Below are positions 26,220 to 37,073 of a stretch of DNA of 64,000 nt, piece after piece. How positions within the stretch are numbered: the stretch's first letter is position 1; the number at the start of each line of letters is the position of its first letter. The notes under the pieces were generated by a model. It ran no database searches, had not been told where the DNA came from, and worked only from the letters and a program-made list of their open reading frames with translations. Source of the DNA: a candidate division FCPU426 bacterium (GTDB lineage Bacteria > Oederibacteriota > PGYV01 > Palsa-1178); the NCBI GenBank assembly GCA_963840035.1, contig CAWIXE010000001.1:448001-512000 (forward strand). Reading direction: 5' to 3'. The position numbers and the translations under genes were made by a program.

Positions 26220-27973
26220 AGGAATTATTCGCCTATGATCCCGGCGCAAAGACAGGAAAAACCGCCATTTTAATAATGCTCATACTGGCCGTTATTTTTT
26301 TTGCCGCAAGGTTCATACAGCCCCAGTATCAGCCGGAATTTGAGTATGATGAGATAACGGATATGTATGAAGGCGTATTAAAGCAATATGGCGGGGAGAA
26401 CTTTTTTTATTATAATCCGCTTAAGGGCGCCGCCGGGAACCTCTTAAACCAGATATGTTTTTTTACGTCCCCGATAGTCAAAGAAAATATCGAATACTAC
26501 AAATACGCCGGGGCAGCGCTCCTGCCGTTTTTGGCCGCGGGTATCTTCCTTCTGACACTTAATCTTTTCGGAATGGCCGCGGCCATAGCAGCGGTATTTG
26601 TACTGTGCCAGTCCTTCTGGAATTATCATACTTCAGGTTTTTTCCTCGCAAACAATCTGACGCCTGTCCTTGCAGCCTTTGCTTTTTATTTCATAAGTAA
26701 AAAGTCCATTAAAATACCCGATATTGCCGCTTTCATTGTAGTTACCGTTCTGTGCGTGAACACATATATATTATGGATGCTCGCAGTGCCTCTTTTTTTA
26801 TATATTTTTTATGAAAGGTTCAGGGGAACGGACGATCCTTCAGAGAAAAACTTGGCAAAAAACTCTTCAATAGCACTTATAATCACCGTGGCGGCCGCGA
26901 TGCTTTTTTTCCTGTTCAGCGCAGACAGCAGCGTATTCGTAAGATTTTTCCAGGTGTCCGTGGTAAAGAACAAATGGGGCGCTGAGGGCATACTTCAAAA
27001 CTTAAAGGACCTGGGATTTATTTTCAGGCTGCCCTTTTTAAACCCGGTTGAATGGATCTTCTTCATCTGGGGGTTTGCCCTGGTGTGCTTAAACCTTAAA
27101 GAAAGGCCATTCAGGGTGCTGCTTTTCATGTTCATTATTTTCAGCCTTCCCTTGGTCATTTCAGGGTTTCATCAGGGCAGGAGCGTGCTCATGCAGATAC
27201 CTGCCTTTATCATCATCGCACTCGGAATACGGCAGCTTCTGACATTAAAATCCAAGAAATATTTTATAATAGTACCCGTACTCATGTGTATTTTCCCCGC
27301 TTATTACATGGGAAAGCAGTTGGTAGCTGTCAACTCTCTTGCGCCGCAGGATACCATGGACCGCTCCATCGCGAAATATCTGAATTCCACATACGGGGAT
27401 AAGGTGAGTTACCTGCCAGAATTTGAGTATGTGTACATGGACGACCCGAGGAAAGTGACAATCAGGCTTAAAAGCACTTATAAAAGGAACGGCCTTACGG
27501 ACTATACCGCATTGCGTTTCAACATGTTTTGGAAAAATGACCTGGAGAAGTATTTTAAAAGGAATAATGTGAACACTTCCACTCATTTATTTGAAAGTTC
27601 GGTAACAGGAAGGTATAAAAAATTTCCTTCGGTTCTTGTAGTAATACCCGCGGGTTCCGCCGTGGAAAAAAAGCTGCGCGGTTATGACGCGGCTTTAAGG
27701 GAAATAAAGCTGAAAATGCCATGGCAGTCGGGACAGGATATTATTGACAGCCTTAACTCGCATTTTTCATCGTCAGAGGATGATGTTATAATGAACACGG
27801 TCTTAAAGGACCTGAAGTCTGACACGTACCTGAACATGGGCATGCCTGAGATGGCGGTAAACGTCCTTCTTGACAGGACATACCCTTCATTCATGCCCGG
27901 GGATTTTATTATGAGGATCGAAAGAATCAAAAGGGCAATAAAACAAAGAGCGCAGGAAGGGAAAAATGGATAA
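26216..27973 (+). CDS. Polytopic membrane protein, probable GT-C fold
   Basis: YDE acidic motif after TM1, about 11 TM segments, soluble C-terminal domain; overlaps pdxA and rsmA. Confidence 0.55.
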   Translation: MKELFAYDPGAKTGKTAILIMLILAVIFFAARFIQPQYQPEFEYDEITDMYEGVLKQYGGENFFYYNPLKGAAGNLLNQICFFTSPIVKENIEYYKYAGAALLPFLAAGIFLLTLNLFGMAAAIAAVFVLCQSFWNYHTSGFFLANNLTPVLAAFAFYFISKKSIKIPDIAAFIVVTVLCVNTYILWMLAVPLFLYIFYERFRGTDDPSEKNLAKNSSIALIITVAAAMLFFLFSADSSVFVRFFQVSVVKNKWGAEGILQNLKDLGFIFRLPFLNPVEWIFFIWGFALVCLNLKERPFRVLLFMFIIFSLPLVISGFHQGRSVLMQIPAFIIIALGIRQLLTLKSKKYFIIVPVLMCIFPAYYMGKQLVAVNSLAPQDTMDRSIAKYLNSTYGDKVSYLPEFEYVYMDDPRKVTIRLKSTYKRNGLTDYTALRFNMFWKNDLEKYFKRNNVNTSTHLFESSVTGRYKKFPSVLVVIPAGSAVEKKLRGYDAALREIKLKMPWQSGQDIIDSLNSHFSSSEDDVIMNTVLKDLKSDTYLNMGMPEMAVNVLLDRTYPSFMPGDFIMRIERIKRAIKQRAQEGKNG

Positions 27974-28796
27974 AAAGGAAAGCAGCGGAAAATTCCGCTA
28001 CAAAAAAGGGCTCGGCCAGAACTTCCTTCATAATACTTCGAAGCTCGGGCAGATGGCGTCGTTAATTGACGTAAAAGCCGGGGATACCGTCATAGAGATC
28101 GGGCCCGGGGCCGGCGCGCTAACACAGAGGCTGCTCGCAACGGCTGGAAAAGTCATAGCCATCGAGATCGACAGGGAAGCCATCGCAAAGCTAAAGGAAA
28201 AACTCGGCGAGCCGGACAATCTGGCAATAATAAACGCGGATTTCCTTGAATTTAACCTTGATGCCATGCTGAAAAGCATAAATTCAAAAGTACAGGTTGT
28301 CGGCAATATTCCGTATTATATAACCACTCCAATAATTGAAAAACTCATAGAACATAAAGCGATGATAAGCAGGGCTTTCCTGACCGTACAGAAGGAAGTC
28401 GGGGAGCGCATGGCAGCCAGGGAAGGGTCAAAAACATACGGGTCACTAACGGTTTACTGCCAGTACCACGCTGATGTTAAAATGCTCCTTAAAATAGACA
28501 GGAAGTCTTTTTTTCCCATACCCAATGTGGACTCGGCTTTTGTTTCCATGGACTTTACAAAGACCCCGATGCTGGACGTCAAGGATGAGGCGCTGTTCTT
28601 CAAGATATCAAGGGCAGGTTTTGGACAGCGCAGGAAGATGTTCATGAAGAATCTGAAACGGGAATTGGGAATAGGCAGCGGGGAATTGGAAGAGGCGTTT
28701 AGAACCCTTTCTATTGACGACAAAGCCCGTGCAGAGACGGTCTCCATAATAAAATTTGCCGAACTTACAAATTTGCTGTATAATAAGCGGGATTAG
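27966..28796 (+). CDS. rsmA: 16S rRNA m6(2)A dimethyltransferase KsgA
   Basis: KKGLGQNFL, IEIGPGAG, IEID, GNIPYYIT, QKEV, PNVDS, QRRK. Confidence 0.97.
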   Translation: MDKKESSGKFRYKKGLGQNFLHNTSKLGQMASLIDVKAGDTVIEIGPGAGALTQRLLATAGKVIAIEIDREAIAKLKEKLGEPDNLAIINADFLEFNLDAMLKSINSKVQVVGNIPYYITTPIIEKLIEHKAMISRAFLTVQKEVGERMAAREGSKTYGSLTVYCQYHADVKMLLKIDRKSFFPIPNVDSAFVSMDFTKTPMLDVKDEALFFKISRAGFGQRRKMFMKNLKRELGIGSGELEEAFRTLSIDDKARAETVSIIKFAELTNLLYNKRD

Positions 28797-28808
28797 AATA
28801 GAAAACAT

Positions 28809-28883
28809 CAGTTTTAAGTTTGAAGTTTTAAGATGAATGAGGATAAGGCCAGTTTTTATCTTAAAACTAAAAACTTTAAACTG
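28809..28883. repeat. Inverted heptamer arrays (AGTTTTA / TAAAACT)
   Basis: CAGTTTTAAGTTTGAAGTTTTAAGAT ... ATCTTAAAACTAAAAACTTTAAACTG. Confidence 0.75.
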
Positions 28884-28910
28884 CTCATCTTGTTTTTCGG
28901 AGGAATGATA

Positions 28911-30725
28911 ATGTGTGGTATCATAGGCTACATCGGCGATGAGAACGCCGCAGAGAGGATAATATACGGGCTTCATAAACTTGAATACCGCGGCTATGAC
29001 TCTGCCGGCATTGCCATCATAGATAACGGCAAACTAACCCGCTTCCGTTCAAAGGGCAAACTTGAAAACCTGCAGGCAAGGATAAAGAGAGAGAAACTAA
29101 ACGGTAAGATAGGCATAGGCCATACGCGCTGGGCGACCCACGGCAAACCCTCGGAGGAAAACGCCCATCCCCACATAGACTGCTCGGGCGAGATTACCAT
29201 AATTCACAACGGAATTATAGAAAATTACTTTGAGATAAAGGAAGAACTCAGAAAGAAAGGGCATAAATTCGCCTCGGAAACAGACACCGAGATATTCGCC
29301 CACCTCATAGAGGATAATATTTCAAAAGGTTTTGAAAAAGCAGTATTCGCCGCCTTAAAAAGGATCCGCGGCATGTACGCCATGGTCATACTTTATTCGG
29401 GGGAACCGGACAAGATAATCGCTGCCAGGCAGGGCTCACCGCTGGTGCTGGGCATCGGCAAAGGCGAAAATTATATAGCCTCTGATGTGCCTTCATTCCT
29501 TAAGTACACAAAAAAAGCCATGTTCATGGAAGACGGGGACGCGGCTATAATCACAAAAAATAAAATAGATATTTATAATTCGGGGAAAAAAGTTAAACGC
29601 CAGGTTACGGATATTAAATGGACCGCGGGGCAGGCTGAAAAATCAGGCTACCCGCATTACATGCTCAAGGAAATATCAGAGGAAGCACAGGCTTTTGAGG
29701 ACACCATAATAGGAAGATTTGATAAAAACGGGATTAATTTTGATAATATAGACACAAAAAAACTTAAAAAAATTGACAATATCAGGATAGTCGCATGCGG
29801 CACATCATACCACGCGGCGTATACAGCCAAGTACATCATAGAAAAATACGCGGGAATAAGCACCAGTGTGGATGTGGCTTCCGAGATACGGTACGGAAAT
29901 CCAGTGGTTGATAAATCCACGCTGTTAATCGCAGTTTCACAGTCAGGCGAGACCATAGACACCATAGAGGCCTTTAAGAACATGCAGGAGAGGGCCGGAT
30001 ACTCCATAGCCATAGTAAATGTGGTGGGTTCCACCTTAAGCAGGATGCTCGACGGGGTCATATATACCCATGCCGGGCCGGAAATAGGTGTTGCAGCGAC
30101 AAAGACTTTCATCAGCCAGTTGGCGGTCCTTTATCTTTTTGCTTTTTACATCGCCGGGATAAAAGGCAAAGCTGACGGAAAATTCATAAAGGCAGGGGTC
30201 AAAAACCTCCGCAAAATACCGGGCCACATCAGGGAAATTTTAAAGGACAGGAAGAAAATTGAAAAAATAGCGGTAAAATACAATAAGTTCAGGGACTTCC
30301 TTTATTACGGACGCAACATCAATTACCCGATGGCCATGGAAGGCGCGCTTAAGCTTAAGGAAATTTCATACATACACGCGGAAGGTTACGCGGCAGGGGA
30401 GATGAAGCACGGGCCTATCGCACTTGTGGATGACAAGACACCGAACGTATTCATAGCGCCTGAGAACGCTCTCTACGAGAAGATAATCAGCAACATACAG
30501 GAGATAAAGGCGCGCTCCGGCACAATAATAGCCATAACAAATAAATCAAACAAAACCATGACGCGTTTCGCGGATGATATTTTTTACATACCGGACATAG
30601 ACGAGGATTTTTACCCGCTGCTGGCCGCCATCCCCATGCAGCTGCTGGCATACTATATAGGCGTTAAAAAAGGCATAGACGTGGATAAGCCGAGGAATCT
30701 CGCAAAGTCTGTGACGGTTGAATAA
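28911..30725 (+). CDS. glmS: Glutamine--fructose-6-phosphate transaminase
   Basis: MCGIIG (N-terminal catalytic Cys fixes the start), LEYRGYDSAG, GHTRWATHG, SQSGET, PRNLAKSVTVE. Confidence 0.98.
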   Translation: MCGIIGYIGDENAAERIIYGLHKLEYRGYDSAGIAIIDNGKLTRFRSKGKLENLQARIKREKLNGKIGIGHTRWATHGKPSEENAHPHIDCSGEITIIHNGIIENYFEIKEELRKKGHKFASETDTEIFAHLIEDNISKGFEKAVFAALKRIRGMYAMVILYSGEPDKIIAARQGSPLVLGIGKGENYIASDVPSFLKYTKKAMFMEDGDAAIITKNKIDIYNSGKKVKRQVTDIKWTAGQAEKSGYPHYMLKEISEEAQAFEDTIIGRFDKNGINFDNIDTKKLKKIDNIRIVACGTSYHAAYTAKYIIEKYAGISTSVDVASEIRYGNPVVDKSTLLIAVSQSGETIDTIEAFKNMQERAGYSIAIVNVVGSTLSRMLDGVIYTHAGPEIGVAATKTFISQLAVLYLFAFYIAGIKGKADGKFIKAGVKNLRKIPGHIREILKDRKKIEKIAVKYNKFRDFLYYGRNINYPMAMEGALKLKEISYIHAEGYAAGEMKHGPIALVDDKTPNVFIAPENALYEKIISNIQEIKARSGTIIAITNKSNKTMTRFADDIFYIPDIDEDFYPLLAAIPMQLLAYYIGVKKGIDVDKPRNLAKSVTVE

Positions 30726-30852
30726 AGCTGATTTTATATTTTAGATTTTAAATTTTAGATTTAATGTAATCCGGCCTGTGGCCGGATAACGGAATTATTA
30801 TAATAGAAAGTGCAATAGCACACCTTAAATATAAAATATAAAATGAAACCAG

Positions 30853-32055
30853 GTGAAAACATTGGATTATCCAGAAATAGTTTTAAAAAAGGGGGAAGAA
30901 GAGCGCATACTTGCGGGCCATCCCTGGGTTTTTGACAACGAGATAGACAAGATATCCGACACATATGTAAACGGCTCGCTGTTTCTTTTTAAAAACAGCG
31001 AAGGGCTTTACATCGGCCTGGGTTATGTCAATGAAAAATCTGTTATTTCCGGGCGGCTCCTGGACATACTGAAAAAACCGGCGGAAAAATATGAGAACTA
31101 CGCGGACATAGAAAACCTGCTTAAGGACAAGATAGCCATCGCGATAAAAAAAAGGGATAAGGTCAAAAACACCGACGCCATCCGCTACATTTATTCCGAA
31201 GCTGATTCGCTGCCCGGGCTCATTGTGGACAAATACAAGGACACCGCGGTTATACAAATAACCACCCTCGGCATGGAAAATTTAAAGCCGGTGATAGTAA
31301 AGATAATAGACGAAGCATTAAAACCGGAAGTCATATATGAAAAATCAATTTCACAGTCCAGGCAGAAGGAAGGCCTCGAAAAAACAGAAGGCGCGTTAAA
31401 AGGCGAATTAAAACCAATTATCATTACAGAGAACGGCGTGAAATTTGAAGTCAACCCGGCATCAGGGTCAAAGACAGGCTTTTACCTGGACCAGAGGGAC
31501 AACAGGGAACGCATCAAGGATTTTGTCAAGGGCAAGGATGTCCTGGACCTTTTCTGCTATACCGGCGGCTTCTCCGCCTACGCCGGAAAATACGGCGCGA
31601 AATCAATAAAGGCAATTGACTCATCGGCCGCTGCCCTTGATGTAGCCGAGAAAAACATGGAAATGAACAATCTTACAGATTTTTGCCTGGTTAAGGCGGA
31701 TGTCTTTGACGAGATGAAAAGGATGGCAACGGCAGGGGAAAAATATGACGTTATAATACTTGACCCGCCCCCGTTTTCAAAAGGCCATGCGGAAAAAGCA
31801 GGGGCAATAAAGGGTTTCAGGGACCTGCATAATAAGGCTTTTAAGCTGTTAAATTCGGGAGGGGTTATATTTACTTTTTCCTGCTCGCAAAACATACCCA
31901 TGGCGGAACTCATACAGTCCGCCAAAGACGCGGCGCGAAAGCTCAAGTTCAAAGTGGAAATTGCCGGACAGATGTTCCAGGCAAAGGACCATCCGTATAA
32001 CACGGCAATTCCGGAGACGTTCTACCTTAAAGGCGCGATAATTAAGAAAATATAA
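30853..32055 (+). CDS. rlmI: RlmI-type rRNA m5C methyltransferase
   Basis: GHPWVF PUA-like domain, SEADSLPGLIVD, KTGFYLDQR, LDLFCYTGGF, ILDPPPF, FSCS, PETFYLK. Confidence 0.85.
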   Translation: MKTLDYPEIVLKKGEEERILAGHPWVFDNEIDKISDTYVNGSLFLFKNSEGLYIGLGYVNEKSVISGRLLDILKKPAEKYENYADIENLLKDKIAIAIKKRDKVKNTDAIRYIYSEADSLPGLIVDKYKDTAVIQITTLGMENLKPVIVKIIDEALKPEVIYEKSISQSRQKEGLEKTEGALKGELKPIIITENGVKFEVNPASGSKTGFYLDQRDNRERIKDFVKGKDVLDLFCYTGGFSAYAGKYGAKSIKAIDSSAAALDVAEKNMEMNNLTDFCLVKADVFDEMKRMATAGEKYDVIILDPPPFSKGHAEKAGAIKGFRDLHNKAFKLLNSGGVIFTFSCSQNIPMAELIQSAKDAARKLKFKVEIAGQMFQAKDHPYNTAIPETFYLKGAIIKKI

Positions 32056-32063
32056 ATACAGAC

Positions 32064-32135
32064 AGTGGGTGGTTGGTGGTGAGTAGTGGGTAGGCTGCCA
32101 GGGCTGGCTACTGAGACTTCTGAGATCACTGAGAC
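32064..32135 (+). repeat. G-rich heptamer array followed by a 9-nt TGAGAY array
   Basis: AGTGGGT GGTTGGT GGTGAGT AGTGGGT, then TGAGAC/T at 32112, 32121, 32130. Confidence 0.8.
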
Positions 32136-32153
32136 TGTTTTAGGAAAGGCATA

Positions 32154-33551
32154 ATGAAAAATCCAAAACTAAACAACATCCTCCTCATCAGGCCTGCGCC
32201 GGCGCAAGAGCAGTTTGGCGACGAGTCATTCATGCCGCTGGGGCTGGCATACATAGCCGCGGCCCTGGAAAAAGAGGGGTATAATGTCAAAGTATTGGAC
32301 CTTCTGATAGATAAAATGGATGAGCCTTCCTTATATAAAACCATTAATGAATTCAAACCTGACGCCGCGGGTTTTACAGCCGTGACCCCTGTTGTAAAAG
32401 GGGCTTTTAAGATTGCCGGGAAGCTAAAAAAAATAAATTCAAACATAATAACTATCATCGGCGGGCCCCATGCCACTGCCATGGCTGACGAATGCCTTGA
32501 GAATTCAATGGATTTTGTGGTGTCAGGCGAAGGCGAGGAAACAATAACAGACCTTCTATATAATATAGACTCGCCTGAAAATGTCCTTTCAATAGTTTTT
32601 AAGAAAAACAAAAGCATAATAAGGACAAAAGAACGGCCTTTTATACAAAATCTTGACACACTTCCATTTCCCGCGAGGCACTTATTCCCTGCCATTTCAA
32701 AATACAAAGGCCAGGAAGCCCTTGGTTCCCTTAACCCCGTAGGCTCCATCATGACTTCGCGCGGCTGCCCGTACGCATGCAAATTCTGTTTTAAGGCTGT
32801 CTTCGGCAATAAGTTCAGGGCCAGGTCAGCGGCAAACGTGCTCTCCGAGTGGACGCACCTTGTGGACCAGTACAAAGTCAAAGAGATAGCCATAGTTGAC
32901 GACAGTTTTACAACGGACATAAAGCGCGTGCATGAAATATGCGACGGCATCATAAAATCTGGAAAAAAAATACGCTGGAGCTGTCCGAACGGCATCAGGG
33001 TCGACCTTGGCGGATATGAGATGCTGAAAAAAATGAAGGACGCCGGATGTTACCGCGTGGCTTTAGGCATAGAGTCAGGGTCGCAGAAGGTGCTGGATTC
33101 CATAGGAAAAAAGATAACGCTGGCCCAGATAGAGGAGACCGTCAGGAACTGCCGCAGGGCAGGGATAAAGACAATGGGTTTCTACATGCTGGGAAACCTC
33201 GGGGAAACACAGGAAACAATGGAAGAGACAATTAAGTTCGCGAAAAAGGTGAATACCGACTACGCGCAGTTTTTAATTGCCATACCATACCCGGGGACCG
33301 CCCTGTATGACGAGATAAAAAAGAACGGAAAACTTTACATAACCGACTGGGACCAGTACGGACAGTATGAATCCAGCGCTTGTTTTGAATATGGCAGTTT
33401 AAATCCGGATCTTCTTTCCATGATGAGCAAAAAAGCGGAGAGGGAATATTACCTGAACCCGGCTTATATTATAAAGCAGTTATTTAACTCTGAGACGTAC
33501 AAATTTCTGCCCAGGAGGCTGAAAGCGGCTTTCAGGGTGGTATTTAAATAG
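32154..33551 (+). CDS. B12-binding-domain (class B-like) radical SAM protein
   Basis: PLGLAYIAA, IIGGPHAT, GEGEET, TSRGCPYACKFC, GIESGSQ, IPYPGT. Confidence 0.92.
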   Translation: MKNPKLNNILLIRPAPAQEQFGDESFMPLGLAYIAAALEKEGYNVKVLDLLIDKMDEPSLYKTINEFKPDAAGFTAVTPVVKGAFKIAGKLKKINSNIITIIGGPHATAMADECLENSMDFVVSGEGEETITDLLYNIDSPENVLSIVFKKNKSIIRTKERPFIQNLDTLPFPARHLFPAISKYKGQEALGSLNPVGSIMTSRGCPYACKFCFKAVFGNKFRARSAANVLSEWTHLVDQYKVKEIAIVDDSFTTDIKRVHEICDGIIKSGKKIRWSCPNGIRVDLGGYEMLKKMKDAGCYRVALGIESGSQKVLDSIGKKITLAQIEETVRNCRRAGIKTMGFYMLGNLGETQETMEETIKFAKKVNTDYAQFLIAIPYPGTALYDEIKKNGKLYITDWDQYGQYESSACFEYGSLNPDLLSMMSKKAEREYYLNPAYIIKQLFNSETYKFLPRRLKAAFRVVFK

Positions 33552-33578
33552 AATTGTAATTATATTTATTATTAATCA

Positions 33579-33765
33579 GTCATTGCGAGGAGGCGATTTG
33601 GCATTATGCCGACGAAGTCCTTCGACTTCGTTCAGGACCATGAGCCTGTCGAATGGCAATCTGGTAGTTTTTGTCAGAAACGAGATTGTGGTTCGATGAA
33701 CTCACCATCGTGAGCCTGTCGAACGACTTCGTCGCCATAAAACGAGAGCGGCTCCTCGCAATGAC
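33579..33765. repeat. GTCATTGCGAG element with inserts in both arms
   Basis: Inserts at 33618-33656 and 33689-33726, both at GAAG^CAATCT. Confidence 0.9.
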
Positions 33766-33825
33766 AACAAAAAGACAAAGCCGGTTTCTGACGGTATCAT
33801 TAAAAAAGCACATAAGGAGGGCTCT

Positions 33826-34380
33826 ATGCCGGAAAAAATCAAGGCAGTGGCTTTAAGGATAAAAACTTTGAGGGAAATATCCGGGGAAAGCATCAGGGAT
33901 GTTTCTATGAAAATGAACGTGCCGGAGGAAGCCTATGCCGGGTTTGAAAGCGGGAAAACAGACATACCCATGAGTTTCCTGTATGAAGTGGCGAATTATT
34001 TCAAGGTGGAACTGACCGCCCTTTTAACCGGGGGAGAACCGCACATGCACACCTACAGCCTGGTGCGCGCAGGGTCCGGCCCCGTTGTGGAGCGCAGGAA
34101 AGAATATAAATATGCGGATATGGCCTATAATTTCCAGCATAAAAAAATGGAAGTCTTTGAGGTAACCGTGGAACCGGAGAAAGGCGGAAAAAAAGCGCGC
34201 TTAAATTCCCATCCCGGTCAGGAGTATAACTACTGCCTGGAAGGTTCGTTAAAGGTCACGCTCGGAAAAAATGAGGTAATAATGAACAAGGGAGACTCGC
34301 TTTACTTTGATTCAGCCATCATGCACTCAATGGAAGCCATGGATAACAAACCGGCCAGATTCCTGGCCATATTATTATAG
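33826..34380 (+). CDS. XRE HTH + cupin transcriptional regulator
   Basis: N-terminal HTH (FESGKTDIP), C-terminal cupin ([21 protein letters not shown]); AGGAGG RBS. Confidence 0.9.
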   Translation: MPEKIKAVALRIKTLREISGESIRDVSMKMNVPEEAYAGFESGKTDIPMSFLYEVANYFKVELTALLTGGEPHMHTYSLVRAGSGPVVERRKEYKYADMAYNFQHKKMEVFEVTVEPEKGGKKARLNSHPGQEYNYCLEGSLKVTLGKNEVIMNKGDSLYFDSAIMHSMEAMDNKPARFLAILL

Positions 34381-34390
34381 GAGCCAAAAC

Positions 34391-36067
34391 ATGACGACAA
34401 ATAACGGCAAAGACGCATCGCTGCTCGACATTTACGCTCCGGGCGAATTCAGCTCATATGAGGATTTTTCAAAGAACTTTAAAATAAGGGTGCCGGATGA
34501 TTTTAATTTCGGGTTTGACGTGGTGGATGAAATGGCAAAGAGGTCGCCTTCACAGAAGGCCCTCGTGTGGTGCGACGATGCCGGTCATGAGGCGGTTTTT
34601 ACTTTCGCGGAAATGAAAAAGCACAGCAACAGGGCGGCAAACGCGCTTTCCTCTCTGGGCATAGTAAAAGGCGACGTGGTCATGCTCGTATTAAAAAGGC
34701 GCTATGAATTCTGGTTTCTGTCCGTGGCGCTGCATAAACTCGGCGCGGTCTGCATACCTGCCACGCATCTGCTCACGGTCAAGGATGTTTCATACAGGGT
34801 CAAAGCCGCAAAAATTAAAATGATAATAACGGTCAATGAGGCGCCTGTAATGGAATGTGTGGACGCGGCGCATAAGGATTCGCCTTCACTGATGATAAAG
34901 GCTGTAATTGGAACGGACAGGCCGGGCTGGGTAAATATAACGGAAGCTATGGAAAAAGCAGCGGATGATTTTAAAAGGCCCTCAGGGGACAAGGCAACAA
35001 AAAATGATGATATATTCCTTATTTATTTCACATCGGGCACGACAGGCCTGCCCAAGATGGTGCGCCACAGTTTTACATACCCGCTGGGGCATATCTTAAC
35101 TGCCAGATACTGGCAGAATGTTACGCCGGGAGGGATACATTTAACCGTGGCTGACACCGGATGGGCAAAAGCTGCCTGGGGAAAAATATACGGCCAGTGG
35201 ATATGCGGCTCCGCCGTAATGGTTTATGATTACGACAGGTTCGTGCCGAAAAACATGCTGGATGTCATTGTAAAGCACAGGGTCACGACATTTTGCGCGC
35301 CTCCGACCATATTCAGGTACCTGATAAAGGAGGATTTAAGCGGATATGATTTTTCCGCCCTTAAATACTGCGCCACCGCGGGCGAGCCTTTAAACCCCGA
35401 GGTTTACAGCCAGTTCCTGAAGATGACCGGCCACAGGCTCATGGAAGGCTTCGGGCAGACAGAGACTGTGGTCGCGGTAGCGACATACCCGTGGCTTGAA
35501 CCCAAGCCTGGGTCCATGGGAAAACCTTCGCCGGGTTATGATATGGACATAGTCAACGACAGAGGCCTCTCATGCGAAGCCGGCGAGGAAGGCCAGATAA
35601 TAATAAGGACGGCTAAAGGAAAACCCGTGGGCATGTTTGACGGGTATTATATGTCCGATGAGATTACGAAAAAGGCATGGCATGACAGCATGTATTATAC
35701 GGGCGACGTGGGTTTCCGCGACGAGGACGGGTATTACTGGTTTGTGGGAAGGGCGGATGACTGTTTTAAAAGTTCGGGCTACCGCATAGGCCCGTTTGAA
35801 ATAGAAAGCGCGCTGCTTGAGCACCCGGCAGTGCTGGAATGCGCCATTACAGGCGAGCCTGACCCTGAAAGGGGGCTGGTCGTGAAGGCCACAATAGTGC
35901 TTACAAAAAGTTATACAGGCTCGGATGAACTTGTAAAGTTACTTCAGGAACACGTTAAAAAGGTCACGGCGCCGTATAAGTACCCGCGCATAATAGAATT
36001 CGTAAAAGAACTTCCCAAGACCATAAGCGGCAAGATAAGGCGCGTGGAAATAAGAAAGTCCAAATAG
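34391..36067 (+). CDS. Acyl/acetyl-CoA synthetase (AMP-forming, medium-chain type)
   Basis: [57 protein letters not shown] before 34391. Confidence 0.92.
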   Translation: MTTNNGKDASLLDIYAPGEFSSYEDFSKNFKIRVPDDFNFGFDVVDEMAKRSPSQKALVWCDDAGHEAVFTFAEMKKHSNRAANALSSLGIVKGDVVMLVLKRRYEFWFLSVALHKLGAVCIPATHLLTVKDVSYRVKAAKIKMIITVNEAPVMECVDAAHKDSPSLMIKAVIGTDRPGWVNITEAMEKAADDFKRPSGDKATKNDDIFLIYFTSGTTGLPKMVRHSFTYPLGHILTARYWQNVTPGGIHLTVADTGWAKAAWGKIYGQWICGSAVMVYDYDRFVPKNMLDVIVKHRVTTFCAPPTIFRYLIKEDLSGYDFSALKYCATAGEPLNPEVYSQFLKMTGHRLMEGFGQTETVVAVATYPWLEPKPGSMGKPSPGYDMDIVNDRGLSCEAGEEGQIIIRTAKGKPVGMFDGYYMSDEITKKAWHDSMYYTGDVGFRDEDGYYWFVGRADDCFKSSGYRIGPFEIESALLEHPAVLECAITGEPDPERGLVVKATIVLTKSYTGSDELVKLLQEHVKKVTAPYKYPRIIEFVKELPKTISGKIRRVEIRKSK

Positions 36068-36071
36068 GGTT

Positions 36072-36100
36072 TTGACAAGGTTTTTGATTTGTAATAAAAT
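36072..36100 (+). promoter_or_regulatory. Sigma70-type promoter of the glycosylation block
   Basis: TTGACA-N17-TAAAAT. Confidence 0.7.
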
Positions 36101-36137
36101 ACTGCGGCAGGGTTAATATTATGAACAGGGAGAAAAA

Positions 36138-37073
36138 ATGAAAAAAACCATTTTAGTGGCCGGAGGCGCCGGATTCTTAGGCTCACACCTCTGCGAGAAA
36201 CTTGTCAGCGAAGGTTATAAAGTCATATGCCTTGATAATCTGGGCACAGGGCGCAGGGAAAACCTCAAAGGAATAATCAAAAATCCGCGGTTTAAGTTTA
36301 TAAAGGCCGATATCAGGAAAAAGATAAACATAAAAGGGCCGGTGCATTATGTATTTCACCTTGCCTCATATGCCTCACCGCCGTATTACCAGACAAAATC
36401 TATAGAAACGCTCCTTACAAATTCAGTGGGGACTTATAACGTCCTTGAGTTCTGCAGGCAGAAAAAAGCCCGCTACCTGATCACTTCCACGTCGGAAACA
36501 TACGGGGATCCGCTTGAGCACCCTCAGAAGGAAACATACTGGGGAAATGTAAATCCCGTCGGGATCAGGAGCTGCTATGACGAGGCAAAGAGGTTCGCTG
36601 AAGCTTTGACCATGGAGTTTGTGAGGAAACATAAAACAGACGCGAGGATAATAAGGATATTTAATACCTACGGCCCGCGCCTTCAGAAGGACGACGGAAG
36701 GGTGATATCAAATTTCATTAACCAGGCATTAAACGGCGAAGACCTCACCATTTACGGGAGCGGAGAACAGACACGGAGCTTTTGTTTCGTTTCCGACCAG
36801 GTAGCCGGCCTTTTCGCGGCCATGATGAAACCCGGGATAGCCGGCGAAGTCATTAATATCGGAAACCCTGATGAGTTTACGGTAAAAGAAGCGGCGCATA
36901 TAATTAAGGAAATGACAGGCTCAAAGTCAAAGATCGTGTATAAACCGCTGCCAAAGGACGACCCGACAAGGCGCAAACCGGACATATCAAAAGCAAAAAG
37001 CCTGCTCGGCTGGGAGCCCAAGATAAGGTTAAAGGAAGGGCTGAAGAAAACAATTGACTGGTTCAAGGGATGA
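36138..37073 (+). CDS. UDP-glucuronate decarboxylase (UDP-xylose synthase family SDR)
   Basis: GGAGFLGSHL, HLASYASP, STSETYGDP..HPQKETYWGNVNP.G.RSCYDEAKR, RIFNTYGP, DDP..RKPDI. Confidence 0.93.
   Translation: MKKTILVAGGAGFLGSHLCEKLVSEGYKVICLDNLGTGRRENLKGIIKNPRFKFIKADIRKKINIKGPVHYVFHLASYASPPYYQTKSIETLLTNSVGTYNVLEFCRQKKARYLITSTSETYGDPLEHPQKETYWGNVNPVGIRSCYDEAKRFAEALTMEFVRKHKTDARIIRIFNTYGPRLQKDDGRVISNFINQALNGEDLTIYGSGEQTRSFCFVSDQVAGLFAAMMKPGIAGEVINIGNPDEFTVKEAAHIIKEMTGSKSKIVYKPLPKDDPTRRKPDISKAKSLLGWEPKIRLKEGLKKTIDWFKG

Noticed and set aside
28797..28910. glmS ribozyme upstream of glmS
   Set aside because: The short spacer is filled by AT-rich inverted heptamer arrays; no recognisable ribozyme core.
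33604..33893. Small ORFs 33604-33813, 33671-33856, 33702-33893
   Set aside because: They run through the palindromic repeat, lack an RBS and have no protein-like features.
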